Below, in pieces: positions 27,358 to 37,163 of a DNA stretch of 64,000 bases. The DNA lies in the NCBI GenBank assembly GCA_964428895.1, contig CAYRZU010000005.1:1798-65797 (forward strand). The letters run 5' to 3'. Under the pieces are notes generated by a model. The model was not told the origin of the DNA, searched no databases, and saw only the letters and a program-made list of their open reading frames with translations. The DNA comes from an uncultured Planctomycetaceae bacterium. Lineage in GTDB: Bacteria > Planctomycetota > Phycisphaerae > SM23-33. The translations under genes were made by a program, and so were the position numbers. Each line of letters starts with the position of its first letter. Position 1 is the stretch's first letter.

Positions 27358-28452
27358 ATGGAAGTCAAGACAATCAAGCGGATCGGCATCCTGACCGGCG
27401 GCGGCGATTGCCCCGGCCTCAACGCCGTTATTCGCGCCGTGGCCAAGTCGGCGCTGGGCGCCGGCGTGGAGGTCCTTGGGTTTGCCGACGGCTACGCCGG
27501 GCTGATCGAGAAGCGATATCAATCCCTCTCCTGGTCGGACGTCAGTGGCATCTTGACGTTGGGCGGGACGATTCTGGGCTCGTCCAACACGGCCAACGCC
27601 GCCAAGTACGCCGTTCGCGAAGGCGACACGATCGTCTACCGCGATCTCCGCGCCCAGGTTGTGGCCAACTGCCGCGAGTTGGCGGTGGATGCCCTGATTG
27701 TCATCGGTGGGGACGGCACGATGAGCGGGGCCAACGAGTTGGTCGAACGCGGCCTGAATATCGTGGGCGTGCCGAAGACCATCGACAACGATCTGGTCGG
27801 CACGGACATCACCTTCGGTCACGATACGGCCGTCTCAACGGCGTCCGACGCATTGGATAAGGTGCACACCACGGCCTCCAGCCATCACCGCGTGATGGTG
27901 GTCGAACTGATGGGCCGCTACGCGGGGTGGCTGGCCCTAAACGCGGGGCTCGCCAGTGGGGTGGACATCATCCTGATCCCCGAGATTCCGTTCGATCTCG
28001 ACAAGGTTGTGGAACGCTGTGTCGAACGGCGGAAGGTGGGCAAGGGCTTCACCATTGTGGCCGTTGGTGAAGGCGCCAAGCCGGTGGGGGGCAAGATGTT
28101 TGTGGATCATGTGGTTGAGGACTCGCCGGATCCGATTCGCCTGGGCGGCGTGGGCAAATACGTGGCCGATGAGATCGAAAAGCGGTCTGAGTTGGACAGT
28201 CGGGCGATGGTGCTGGGGCACATTCAGCGCGGCGGCACGCCGACGGCGGTCGATCGTATCTTGGGCACCATGTTCGGTTTCCATGCGTTCGAGCTGGCGA
28301 TGGCCGGTCAGTTCGGGCGGCTGGTCGTACGGCGAGGCGGCGGATTTGAATCCATCAACCTGTCCGAGGTGGCCGGCAAGGTGCGTACGGTTCCGTTGGA
28401 TTGGCCCACGGTCAGGGCGGCCCGAGCGGTGGGGACGGCCTTCGGCGACTAG
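27358..28452 (+). CDS. pfk: 6-phosphofructokinase (phosphoryl donor not resolved: ATP or PPi)
   Basis: ATG 27358 follows an AAGGAGA SD by 7 nt. 'GILTGGGDCPGLNAVIR', 'IVIGGDGTMSGA', 'GVPKTIDNDL', 'MGRYAGWLA'. Confidence 0.93.
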   Translation: MEVKTIKRIGILTGGGDCPGLNAVIRAVAKSALGAGVEVLGFADGYAGLIEKRYQSLSWSDVSGILTLGGTILGSSNTANAAKYAVREGDTIVYRDLRAQVVANCRELAVDALIVIGGDGTMSGANELVERGLNIVGVPKTIDNDLVGTDITFGHDTAVSTASDALDKVHTTASSHHRVMVVELMGRYAGWLALNAGLASGVDIILIPEIPFDLDKVVERCVERRKVGKGFTIVAVGEGAKPVGGKMFVDHVVEDSPDPIRLGGVGKYVADEIEKRSELDSRAMVLGHIQRGGTPTAVDRILGTMFGFHAFELAMAGQFGRLVVRRGGGFESINLSEVAGKVRTVPLDWPTVRAARAVGTAFGD

Positions 28453-28472
28453 GAACGAAGAGGCGAAGGATC

Positions 28473-29954
28473 ATGGAGGATCGATTGCATTTCCGGTTTG
28501 AGACGGTCTGTCGATGGATAGGTGTGGTGGCGGTGATCACGGGTCTGGTCGCATCGGCCGGGGCCCAGAAGACGTCCACCGAGCCGGCGACCAAGCCGTC
28601 ACTCCAGCAACGGGTGGCCTCTCTGATCGCCAAGTACGAGGGGTCGGGCAAGGCGATCGTGGGCGCGTCTGTTCGCGATATGGGCGGCCGCGAGCTTGTG
28701 GCCGTTCGTGACGACCGGCTCTTCGTGCCCGCCAGCAATCAGAAAATCCTCACCAGCGCCTTTGCGCTGACGGAACTGGGCGGAGAGTTTAAGTTCGACA
28801 CGCGCGTGTACGCCCGCGGCTCGGAGATTGTGATCGTGGGGGACTTCGACCCCACCTTGGGTGACCCTATTATCGCCGAAGCGACCGGTCGGGGCACTTA
28901 CGCGGACCTGGACGCCTGGGCTGCGGCTGCAGCACGCCGTTTCGGCCAACGGCCGATTAGCGCCGTGGTGGTCGCCTCGCGGGCCGATCCGAATCCGCGT
29001 CGCCACCCGGATTGGCCGGCCAACCAACATCGGACTACCTATGCGGCGCCGGTGTGCTCGCTCAACTTTGCGAATAACCGGATTCGAACGACCTTCGACG
29101 CCGAGGCCGGAAGGGCACGCCTGGAGCTGTCGCCGGCCAGTCGGTTTATCGAGGTGGTCAACAAACTGAAGCTTGGCGGCAATGCCCCCTGGCCGCTCGA
29201 ACCGAACGAAGACATGTCGGCCGTTACGCAGAGGGGCACGATCAAGGCGTCGACCACGACCGTCACGGAGACCGCCATCGACAAACCGGACCTGCTGCTG
29301 GGGCGCGTGTTCGCGGAGAGGCTGGTCCGGGCGGGGGGGACCTTCAGCGGGCAGATCCGCTCTCAGAACGCCTCCGCCTTCGATGCAAGTAAGGCCTCCT
29401 TGATTGCGACTACGCGTCGGCCGTTGCAGGCGGCGCTGTGGCGGATGAACAAGCACAGCCTGAACATGGCGGCCGAGGCCGTCCTGCTTCGGGCGGGCGA
29501 CGGCACGTGGGCCGGTAGCGCCAAGGCGATGTCGGCGTCTTTGGTCCAAAGCTACGGGCTGGCAGTGGGCAGCCTGGTGGTGTCGGACGGTAGCGGCCTG
29601 TCGGCCAACAATCGGGTGTCCCCGTCGGCCATGACAGCCACGCTGGTAGGGGTGCTGGATCGTGACGATTGGCAGGTGGTCGTCAATGCTCTGCCCGTGG
29701 CGGGTGTTGAGAGTCGAATGAGGAAGCGCCTGTCGGATCGGCCCTACCGGGGGCGGGTCCTGGCCAAGACCGGTCACATCCAAGGGGCGCAGTGTCTGAG
29801 CGGGTACATCCTGAACCCCGACAATGAGGTCGCGCTGGCCTACTCGGTGCTGGTCAACCGTGTGCCGGCTGGTCACGGGCCCACCGCCCAGGCCGTCCAC
29901 GACAACATCTGTCGGCTATTGGTGGATGTGGTCGACGGGCGCCAGCGGCGGTAG
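28473..29954 (+). CDS. dacB: D-alanyl-D-alanine carboxypeptidase/endopeptidase (PBP4, peptidase S13)
   Basis: Start at 'MEDRLHFRF...' (ATG 28473) with a signal-anchor helix. 'PASNQKILTS' (SxxK), 'SDGSGLS' (SxN) and 'AKTGHI' (KTG). Confidence 0.85.
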   Translation: MEDRLHFRFETVCRWIGVVAVITGLVASAGAQKTSTEPATKPSLQQRVASLIAKYEGSGKAIVGASVRDMGGRELVAVRDDRLFVPASNQKILTSAFALTELGGEFKFDTRVYARGSEIVIVGDFDPTLGDPIIAEATGRGTYADLDAWAAAAARRFGQRPISAVVVASRADPNPRRHPDWPANQHRTTYAAPVCSLNFANNRIRTTFDAEAGRARLELSPASRFIEVVNKLKLGGNAPWPLEPNEDMSAVTQRGTIKASTTTVTETAIDKPDLLLGRVFAERLVRAGGTFSGQIRSQNASAFDASKASLIATTRRPLQAALWRMNKHSLNMAAEAVLLRAGDGTWAGSAKAMSASLVQSYGLAVGSLVVSDGSGLSANNRVSPSAMTATLVGVLDRDDWQVVVNALPVAGVESRMRKRLSDRPYRGRVLAKTGHIQGAQCLSGYILNPDNEVALAYSVLVNRVPAGHGPTAQAVHDNICRLLVDVVDGRQRR

Positions 29955-29955
29955 C

Positions 29956-30957
29956 TCAGTCCCCTTCGTCGACCAATTCGCCGACGATCTGCTCGACGAT
30001 GTCCTTAATGGTGACAATGCCCACGTGGCGGCCTTGCGCGTCGGCGACGATGGCCATGACGGACCCGGCGCGTTGGATTTCGAGCAGGCCGGCGCCGATG
30101 GCTTGGCGGTCGGGCAGGACCAGAGGGGGCCTGGCCAGGTCCTGCGGGCGCGTATCCGGATCGGCAACCAACAGATCGAATACGTCCAGGATGGCGACGA
30201 CCGTCCCCGTCGCGTCCAAGAGGGGCAGCCGGGAGTAGGCGTAGTGGCGGATAACGTCGAGGAGTTCATCCCGCGAGACCGTGTCCTTGGCCGTCACGGC
30301 CCGAGCCATCGGGGCCATCACGTCGCGCAGTTTCAGATCAGCAATGCGGACAGCCCGGTCGGCCATGGCCGATTGGTAGTCGGTCAGTAGACCGCTGGCC
30401 CGGCCTTCGGCGACGACGCTCTCGATGCCGCGGTGCCCCAAGGGGTGGTGGTCCCCGTCGGTTCGGCCTAACAGGCGTAGCAGACCCGAGGAGAACCCCT
30501 GCACCAAGGGGGCCAACCCGCAGGCGGTGAAGACGACGCTGGACAGCCGGACCATCCAGGCCAATCGGTAGACGCCGGCGCCGCCGGTCCGTTGGAAGAC
30601 GTTCTTGGGGACGCTGTCGCCAACCACGAACATCAGCGGCGTGACTGCGGCCAGGGTCAGCCATTCGGCGTTGTGCTCGAATCCGGCCAGAACGAACATG
30701 GCGCTGACGGCAAAGGTAGCCATGTAACGCGACAGGTTCGTGCCGATCAACAGGACGGCTAGCAGATGGTTGAACCGCCCCAGCAGTCTCTGCAGAGACA
30801 CCGCCGATGCCCGACCGCGGTCGGCCTGGAGTTCCAGGCGAATCTTGTTGAGATGGTAGACGCCCGTTTCCAGCCCACAGTAGGTGGCGTCCAGGGACGC
30901 GCCAACCACCAGCAGGGCCGACCAGACTGCGTATTCCGTGGCGGAGGCGACCATCAT
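29956..30957 (-). CDS. CNNM/DUF21 membrane protein with CBS pair (no CorC_HlyC domain)
   Basis: Start at 'MMVASATEY' (ATG 30957) overlaps the upstream stop (ATGA). DUF21 TM region 'GLETGVY...LLIGTNL' is followed by two CBS-like repeats. Confidence 0.8.
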   Translation of the reverse strand: MMVASATEYAVWSALLVVGASLDATYCGLETGVYHLNKIRLELQADRGRASAVSLQRLLGRFNHLLAVLLIGTNLSRYMATFAVSAMFVLAGFEHNAEWLTLAAVTPLMFVVGDSVPKNVFQRTGGAGVYRLAWMVRLSSVVFTACGLAPLVQGFSSGLLRLLGRTDGDHHPLGHRGIESVVAEGRASGLLTDYQSAMADRAVRIADLKLRDVMAPMARAVTAKDTVSRDELLDVIRHYAYSRLPLLDATGTVVAILDVFDLLVADPDTRPQDLARPPLVLPDRQAIGAGLLEIQRAGSVMAIVADAQGRHVGIVTIKDIVEQIVGELVDEGD

Positions 30958-32225
30958 GCTTGGCCCTCCACCAGGTCCAGCCTCAGCCGGCCCACACGTC
31001 GGCCCCGCAGCGACTGAACCGTGAAGCGCAGGTTGCGATACGTGGCTACATCGCCAACGGCCGGGATACGCCCCAGCAGCGACGTGACGAACCCGCCAAT
31101 AGTGCTGATCCGCCCTTCGTGCAGGTCGATCCGGAAGGCATCGGCCCATTCGTGAATGGCCAAGTTGCCGTCGATGAGATAGGCGCCGTCGCCGGTTGGC
31201 GCCACGGCCGGGCCGGCGGCGGCGTCCTCGGGTCTGGCTATATCCCCGACGATCTCACTGAGAATGTCTTCCAGTGTGATCAGGCCGGCCGTCCCGCCGT
31301 ATTCGTCTACGGCGACGGCCACACGCCGACGGGTCTGACGGAACTGCAGTAAGACGCGCTCGATGTTGGCCGTGACCGGCACGAACGGAACGCGTACGAC
31401 CATGTCGCGCAAGTGTGATTCCGGCGACAGCAACAGACGCTTGGCGTGGATCAGCCCGAGAATGTGGTCGATGTCGCCCTCGTAGACGGGAATGAAGCGA
31501 AGACGGCGTTGGGTCATGAGGCGGCTGAAGTGTTGCCGCGGTTCGTTGATGTCGCAGGCGACCATGTCGACTCGGGGCGTCATAACGTCGGCCACGCGCA
31601 GATCAGCCAGTTGGACGATTTCATGGAGCAGGGCGTGGGCGTCGTCGTCCAGCAGCCCGCGCCGGGCCGACAGGTCCAGCAGGGCGCTGAGTTCATCGGC
31701 TGTGATTAGGTCGGCCTCGACGGGCCGCGGCACGAGGATACGGCAGATGGGCGTGACCAGCAGCGTCTCCAGCACCCACACGATGGGTCGAAGAACGCGG
31801 TTGATCAGGGCGGTCGGCGGGGCGCTCAGCAGCGACCATCGCTCGGCGCTCTGGTGGGCCAGCATCTTGGGGGCGACCTCGCCAAAGAGAATCAGCACCA
31901 GCAAGCCGATGACCGACACCGCCGCCGCCTGCCAGGCCGGTCGACCTTGCTGCTGAAGTTCGAGGGAAATGACCGCGGCAATGGACGCGTAGGCCACGTT
32001 GACGATCATGTTGCCCAATAGCAGCAAGTTCAACGTGCGTTGAGGGCGGGCCAGCAGCCTGGCCGCGGCGCGTCCGGCGGCCTTGCCCTGCCGGAGTCGC
32101 ATCATTTGCCCGCGGGACAGGCTGAACAGAGCGGTTTCCGTTCCGCTGAAGAAGGCCGATCCCGCCAGCAGACCGGCCATGCCGATCAGTCGCCACGTGT
32201 AGGTGGCCATGACGCTAGCTAGCAT
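30954..32225 (-). CDS. hemolysin-family CNNM protein (DUF21 + CBS pair + CorC_HlyC)
   Basis: 423 aa. 'FFSGTETALFSLS', 'LLLLGNMIVN', CBS pair, and C-terminal 'IDGNLAIHEWADAF...ISTIGGFVTSLLGRIPAVGD' typical of the CorC/HlyC transporter-associated domain. Confidence 0.85.
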   Translation of the reverse strand: MLASVMATYTWRLIGMAGLLAGSAFFSGTETALFSLSRGQMMRLRQGKAAGRAAARLLARPQRTLNLLLLGNMIVNVAYASIAAVISLELQQQGRPAWQAAAVSVIGLLVLILFGEVAPKMLAHQSAERWSLLSAPPTALINRVLRPIVWVLETLLVTPICRILVPRPVEADLITADELSALLDLSARRGLLDDDAHALLHEIVQLADLRVADVMTPRVDMVACDINEPRQHFSRLMTQRRLRFIPVYEGDIDHILGLIHAKRLLLSPESHLRDMVVRVPFVPVTANIERVLLQFRQTRRRVAVAVDEYGGTAGLITLEDILSEIVGDIARPEDAAAGPAVAPTGDGAYLIDGNLAIHEWADAFRIDLHEGRISTIGGFVTSLLGRIPAVGDVATYRNLRFTVQSLRGRRVGRLRLDLVEGQA

Positions 32226-32321
32226 GTGGGCCTCCCCGTTGCGTCAGAGGCCGATTCGCCGGCGGCGTTGGCGTGTTCAGTCGGTTCGCCCATTGGGTCG
32301 CATTATAGGTATCGGCCGCCC

Positions 32322-32999
32322 CTACAACCATTGGCGGGCGAGCGCGATGAGATTGTCATGTCCGCAGACGACCATGTCCGCGACCTCCACCAGATCAGTC
32401 AGGCTGGCCATGGCCTGATCGATGTCCACACAGCCTTGCCAGACCTGCCCGCTTTCGAGGTGCTCACGGGTTAAGGCGGCGTCACCGGCGATCAGGATGG
32501 TTTGGGTCGCCGGCGTCAGGAGCAGGCCGGCCGACCCGGGCGACGGGCCCACCAGCGGGTAGACGTGGACCTGTGGGCCGAACGTTTCGGGGGCTGGCTT
32601 GAATCGCTTCAGAAGGGACAGTTCCGTGTTGATGTCGCCGACGTCGTCGCCCAGGCGGTCGGCCGACTCGGCGACCTGTTCCAATCGGGAGACGTAGGCC
32701 TGGATGTCGGCCTCAGCCGCCCACCAGTTGGCCTGGGGAATCGCCTCAATGCTGTGGCGGTGGACGGGTCGGAGGGTGGTGCAGAACACGTCAGTAACGT
32801 CGTCGAGGGTCTTGCCGGTTCGTTCGTTGAATCGGGCGGCCAGAATGGGCCCGGGCAAGGACGGATCGACCAGGATCAGCCGATCGACAGCCGTGACGAG
32901 CGTGGTGGTGGCGTGGGGGGTACGAATCGGTACGGACTCCGACCACAGGCGGTGACGGCTGAGGGCGCCGATGCTGATGACTTTGTAGTGAAGGCTCAT
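32322..32999 (-). CDS. MBL-fold protein with degenerate metal motif
   Basis: 225 aa. 'ILVDPSL...' strand and 'VHRHS' where the canonical HxHxDH would sit, with a late 'VCGHD'. Family-level call only. Confidence 0.5.
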   Translation of the reverse strand: MSLHYKVISIGALSRHRLWSESVPIRTPHATTTLVTAVDRLILVDPSLPGPILAARFNERTGKTLDDVTDVFCTTLRPVHRHSIEAIPQANWWAAEADIQAYVSRLEQVAESADRLGDDVGDINTELSLLKRFKPAPETFGPQVHVYPLVGPSPGSAGLLLTPATQTILIAGDAALTREHLESGQVWQGCVDIDQAMASLTDLVEVADMVVCGHDNLIALARQWL

Positions 33000-33026
33000 G
33001 AGCGTGTCTTAGGCCCCGCGGGCGCA

Positions 33027-33953
33027 TCAGTCAAATGGAATCGCCGCCAGAACGCGGTCGGCCAGGGCCCCGGCGGCGTCATCCTCGGCGACGTCGAACC
33101 AATGGACGTCGGCGAAGCGACGCTGCCACGTTCGCTGGTTCTTGGCCAGGTGGCGGGTGTTGATCTTGATTCGTTCGACGGCGTGGTCCAGCGTCCACTC
33201 GCCGTGAAGGTGGTTGATCAGTTCGGCATAGCCCACGGCGGCCGCGGCCTGGGTGGACAGGCCGCCAGGCTCGGCCAGAAGGGCTTCGACCTCCGAAATC
33301 AGGCCCGCCTCCATCATTCGCCGGACGCGGGCGTTGATGCGGCGGTTGAGGTTGTCCTTGTCCCGTCGCAGGCCGACGAACGTGCACTCGTAGCGATGGC
33401 CGCCTTGGTCCCACTGAGATTGCAGTTGGCTGATAGGTTGGCCGGTGAGTTTGTGGACCTCCAGGGCACGCACAATCCTACGCTCATCGTTGGGGTGAAT
33501 GCGCGAGGCGGCTTCGGGATCGATCGATGTCAATTCCTGATGAAGGGCGGGGGTCCCTTCGGCGGCAGCGCGGGCCTTGAGGGCCTGGCGGACCTGCGGG
33601 TCGGCCGATGGTCCTTCAAATAGGCCCTCCGACAAGGCCTTGATGTAGAGGTTGGTCCCTCCGACGGCCAGGGCCGTGGCGCCGGCGGCGTGAACGGCCT
33701 CGATGGCGGCGTCGGCCTGTTGGACGTAGTCGGCCACGGAGAACCCCTCTGCCGGCTCGGCGACGTCAACGCAGTGGTGGGGGATCTCCTTGCGGACGGC
33801 CTGGCTGGGCTTGGCCGTGCCGATGTCCATGCGGCGATATACCTTCATGGAATCGACACTGACGATTTGCGCGCCGATCCGCCGGGCGATCTCCTGACCG
33901 ACCGAGGCCTTGCCGCAGGCGGTGCAGCCGAGGATGAAGGTCACCGGTGTCAT
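33027..33953 (-). CDS. miaA: tRNA dimethylallyltransferase
   Basis: 308 aa. P-loop 'GCTACGKAS', 'VSVDSMKVYRRMDIGTAKPS', 'HHCVDV', 'VGGTNLYIKAL'. Confidence 0.93.
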   Translation of the reverse strand: MTPVTFILGCTACGKASVGQEIARRIGAQIVSVDSMKVYRRMDIGTAKPSQAVRKEIPHHCVDVAEPAEGFSVADYVQQADAAIEAVHAAGATALAVGGTNLYIKALSEGLFEGPSADPQVRQALKARAAAEGTPALHQELTSIDPEAASRIHPNDERRIVRALEVHKLTGQPISQLQSQWDQGGHRYECTFVGLRRDKDNLNRRINARVRRMMEAGLISEVEALLAEPGGLSTQAAAAVGYAELINHLHGEWTLDHAVERIKINTRHLAKNQRTWQRRFADVHWFDVAEDDAAGALADRVLAAIPFD

Positions 33954-34001
33954 GGCAGGATTGTCGCGGGCGAGAGCGCAGCGTGCAAGACGCCGGCGGG
34001 A

Positions 34002-37000
34002 TCAGTAGTCGGACAGCTCGGGGTGTGTCTCGTCGGCCTGGCCGCGTTCCAGACCGCCGAAGCCGTGACGGGCTGCGGCGCGGAACAGCAGGTAATAGAG
34101 CGTGGGTACGATCACCAACGTCAGCAGCGTCGCGAACGCCAGGCCGAAGATGACGGCCACAGCGAGGGAGGACCACCACTGGCTGGATTCACTCCGCGTT
34201 TCGAAGGTAAACGTGCGGAAGTCGATACTCCAGCCTGTCGCCATGGGGATTAGCCCCATGATGGTCGTCACCGCCGTCAGGATGACAGGTCGGAGCCGCG
34301 TTGTGCCGGCTTCGACAATGGCGTCGATGAGCTCCCGCCCGCGCCGTTGCAGTTGGCGGGTGTAATCCAGTAGCACGATGGCGTTGTTGACCACCACGCC
34401 GGCTAGGGAGATCACGCCGATGCCGGTCATGATTGCGCTGAACGGAATCTGACAGACCGCCAGTCCCAGAAAGACACCCACCGTCGACAGCAGCACGGTG
34501 GTCATGATGATCAGAGGCGCCGAAAGTGTGTTGAACTGCATCACCAGAATCAGCACGATGCCCAGACACGCCAGCGGCAGGGCCATCAGGAACAAGAAGT
34601 CCATGGCCTCGGCCTGCTCTTCCTGCTCGCCGGCGAAATCGATGCTGTATCCGAGGGGCACCTTCAGTTCCCCGGTATCTGTGTTCGCTTGAATGATGCT
34701 CCGGACGTCGGCGAGCACTTCGTTGGGGAACCGCCCACGGTTCCGTCCGGTGACGGTAATGACGCGCTTGCGGTCTTTTCGCGTGATGTCACCGAAGCCG
34801 CCGGTGTATTTGAACTCGCCGAGCGTACTGAGCGGAACGGCTTTGCCGTGGATGTTGGGCACGCGGAGGCGGAACAGATCGTTCAGGTCGTTTCGTTCGT
34901 CAACGGGCAGGCGAACGGTAATGTCATACTCATCATTGAACTGCCGATACGTGCCCACCTCTCGCCCGAACAAGGCCGCCTTTAGGTATCGGCTGATCAG
35001 GGACGTATTCACGCCGGTCAGCTTGGCCCGCCGGCGATCCACCAGGAACACCAACTCCGGCCGAGAGGCCTCGTAATCGCTCCGCAGACTGACCAGCCCG
35101 GGCACAGGCAGGATCATCTGCTTGACCTGATCACTGAGGGTCTTGAGTTTGTCGAAATCTTCGCCGGAGATTTCAATCGTGACGGGCTCGCCGGTCGGCG
35201 GGCCTCCCTTTTCGCCTTCGACCTTGATCTCGGCGCCGGGGATGTTGGCCACCCGCTTGCGAATCTCGTCGAGGATGTCCTCCGAGGCGGTGGCCCGGTC
35301 CTCGAAATCCTTGAAGGACAGCGTGAGATTGCCGATGTGCGGGCCGTTGCTGTTGCCGGTGATGCTCATGCCGCCGCCACTACCGACGTTGGCGACAACG
35401 TACTTCAGGTCGCCGCTATCGAGCCATGGCTGAACGCGTCGTTCGACCTCCTGGATGATCTCGTCGGTGTGATGGATATTCGTGCCCTGCGGACACCGGA
35501 CATTGATCACGCCGTTGTTGGGGTCCATGTCGGGGAAGAAGACCATCCCGCGACCAAAGAAGCCGTAGATGGCAATCGAGCCGACCAGAACGAGGAAAGC
35601 TCCCGCAATCGTCAGCCCGGGATGGTGCAGGGCGCCTCGCAGGAAGACCTGATAGGCCCGGAGGAACCAATGGCGCCGGTCGCCGCTGCGAACATTCACG
35701 TTGTGGACGAAGGTGCAGATCACCGGGCTGATGACCATGGCCACGAACAATGAACTGGCCAGCGTGGCGATCAGGGTCGCCGGGAGGTACTTCAGGAAAT
35801 CGCCCATCATGCCGGGCCAGAGCAGCATGGGGCTGAAGGCGGCGATGGTCGTTGCGGTCGAGGCGATCACGGGCCAGGCGACTTCCGCGGCGCCGCTCAT
35901 GGCGGCCTCAAGACGCCCGCCGCCAAGCTGGCGATGCCGATAGATGTTCTCGACCACGACGATGGCGTTGTCGACCAACATGCCCAGCGCCAGGATCAGG
36001 CTGAAGAGCACCATCATGTTGAGCGTGTAGCCCAGCATCGCGACGATAGCAAAACTCATCAGCATGCTCAGCGGGATCGCCAAGGCGACAATGAGGCTGG
36101 TACGAACGCCCATGAAGAGCACCAGGACGATCAGAACGAGGATCAACCCGGACAGGATGTTGTTCTCCAGGTCGCGGTTCATCCGAAGCGTTTCTTCGGA
36201 CTGATCCATGGTGACGGTGAACTCGACGCCTTGTGGGGCGAGCCGTTCGGCCTCGTCCAGGATTTGTCTGACGGCGCCGGCAATGAGAAGGATGTCCGCC
36301 CCAATTCGTTTTCGAACCGCCACGGTGATGCTGGGCGTGCCGTTGAGGCGCGAGATGCTTTCGATATCTTCAAAGGTGTCATTGACGCGTCCGACGTCGG
36401 TCAGGTAGATGGGTCGGCCATTGCGGATGGCCAGCACGAGCGTGTCGATGTCGATCGGGCGGTCGAACTCGGCCGGCACGCGGACGTTGAACTTCATGCC
36501 CTCGGTCTCCAGGCTGCCGGCGGACGTGTTGACGTTTTCAGCGGGGACGAGGTTGATCAGTTCATCGATGGTCAAGTCGTAGGCGGCCACGCGGTCGGGG
36601 TCGATCTCCAGACGGATCTCCCGCGTCAGGCCGCCGATAATCTCGGCCTCCAGCACGCCGGGGACGGCTTCGATGGCGTCCTCCAACTGATCGGCCACTT
36701 CCTTGAGCACGACGGGGGGGATGGTCCCGGAGATACTGACCATCATGATCGGGAATTCGGCCAGATTGATTTCGGTGAGGATGGGCTCTTCGGCGTCGGG
36801 GGGAAAATCATCGCCTTTGGCCAGGTCGACCTTGTCGCGGACGCGCTGGAGGGCGTCCTCGACGGTGACCGAGGGCAAGAGCTCGACCGTGATGATGGAC
36901 ATCCCCTCGCGGCTGACGGACGTAATTTCCTTGAGGCCTTTCAAGTTCGTCAGCGTCTTCTCGATCTTGGTGGTGACGGAGGTTTCGATGTCTTCGGGGG

Positions 37001-37163
37001 AGACCCCCTGATAGATGGTCGTGATCTGGATGAACGGCGCTTCGACGTCCGGGAAACTCTCGCGTGGCAGCGTGAGATAGCTACGCACGCCGGCCAGGAT
37101 AATCAGCACGACCAGCACCAATACCGTGGTGCGGTTCCTCACAGCGGCATTGGATAGGATCAC
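34002..37163 (-). CDS. RND efflux transporter permease (AcrB/CzcA superfamily)
   Basis: 1053 aa. Twelve-TM, two-large-loop layout, with 'AIPLSML' and 'GMLVDNAIVVVENI' blocks. ATGA-type 4-nt overlap with the adaptor gene. Confidence 0.95.
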   Translation of the reverse strand: MILSNAAVRNRTTVLVLVVLIILAGVRSYLTLPRESFPDVEAPFIQITTIYQGVSPEDIETSVTTKIEKTLTNLKGLKEITSVSREGMSIITVELLPSVTVEDALQRVRDKVDLAKGDDFPPDAEEPILTEINLAEFPIMMVSISGTIPPVVLKEVADQLEDAIEAVPGVLEAEIIGGLTREIRLEIDPDRVAAYDLTIDELINLVPAENVNTSAGSLETEGMKFNVRVPAEFDRPIDIDTLVLAIRNGRPIYLTDVGRVNDTFEDIESISRLNGTPSITVAVRKRIGADILLIAGAVRQILDEAERLAPQGVEFTVTMDQSEETLRMNRDLENNILSGLILVLIVLVLFMGVRTSLIVALAIPLSMLMSFAIVAMLGYTLNMMVLFSLILALGMLVDNAIVVVENIYRHRQLGGGRLEAAMSGAAEVAWPVIASTATTIAAFSPMLLWPGMMGDFLKYLPATLIATLASSLFVAMVISPVICTFVHNVNVRSGDRRHWFLRAYQVFLRGALHHPGLTIAGAFLVLVGSIAIYGFFGRGMVFFPDMDPNNGVINVRCPQGTNIHHTDEIIQEVERRVQPWLDSGDLKYVVANVGSGGGMSITGNSNGPHIGNLTLSFKDFEDRATASEDILDEIRKRVANIPGAEIKVEGEKGGPPTGEPVTIEISGEDFDKLKTLSDQVKQMILPVPGLVSLRSDYEASRPELVFLVDRRRAKLTGVNTSLISRYLKAALFGREVGTYRQFNDEYDITVRLPVDERNDLNDLFRLRVPNIHGKAVPLSTLGEFKYTGGFGDITRKDRKRVITVTGRNRGRFPNEVLADVRSIIQANTDTGELKVPLGYSIDFAGEQEEQAEAMDFLFLMALPLACLGIVLILVMQFNTLSAPLIIMTTVLLSTVGVFLGLAVCQIPFSAIMTGIGVISLAGVVVNNAIVLLDYTRQLQRRGRELIDAIVEAGTTRLRPVILTAVTTIMGLIPMATGWSIDFRTFTFETRSESSQWWSSLAVAVIFGLAFATLLTLVIVPTLYYLLFRAAARHGFGGLERGQADETHPELSDY

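Noticed and set aside
28599-29900. 433-aa minus-strand ORF opposite dacB
   Set aside because: dacB carries the SxxK / SxN / KTG motifs in order. The antisense translation is Arg/Gly/Pro/His-rich nonsense.
32502-33623. 373-aa + strand ORF opposite the MBL-fold gene and miaA
   Set aside because: It spans two minus-strand genes and the gap between them, and has no motifs.
35934-37157. 407-aa + strand ORF inside the RND pump gene
   Set aside because: Antisense to a 1053-aa RND transporter with the canonical layout. The translation is Asp/Gly/His-rich and low-complexity.
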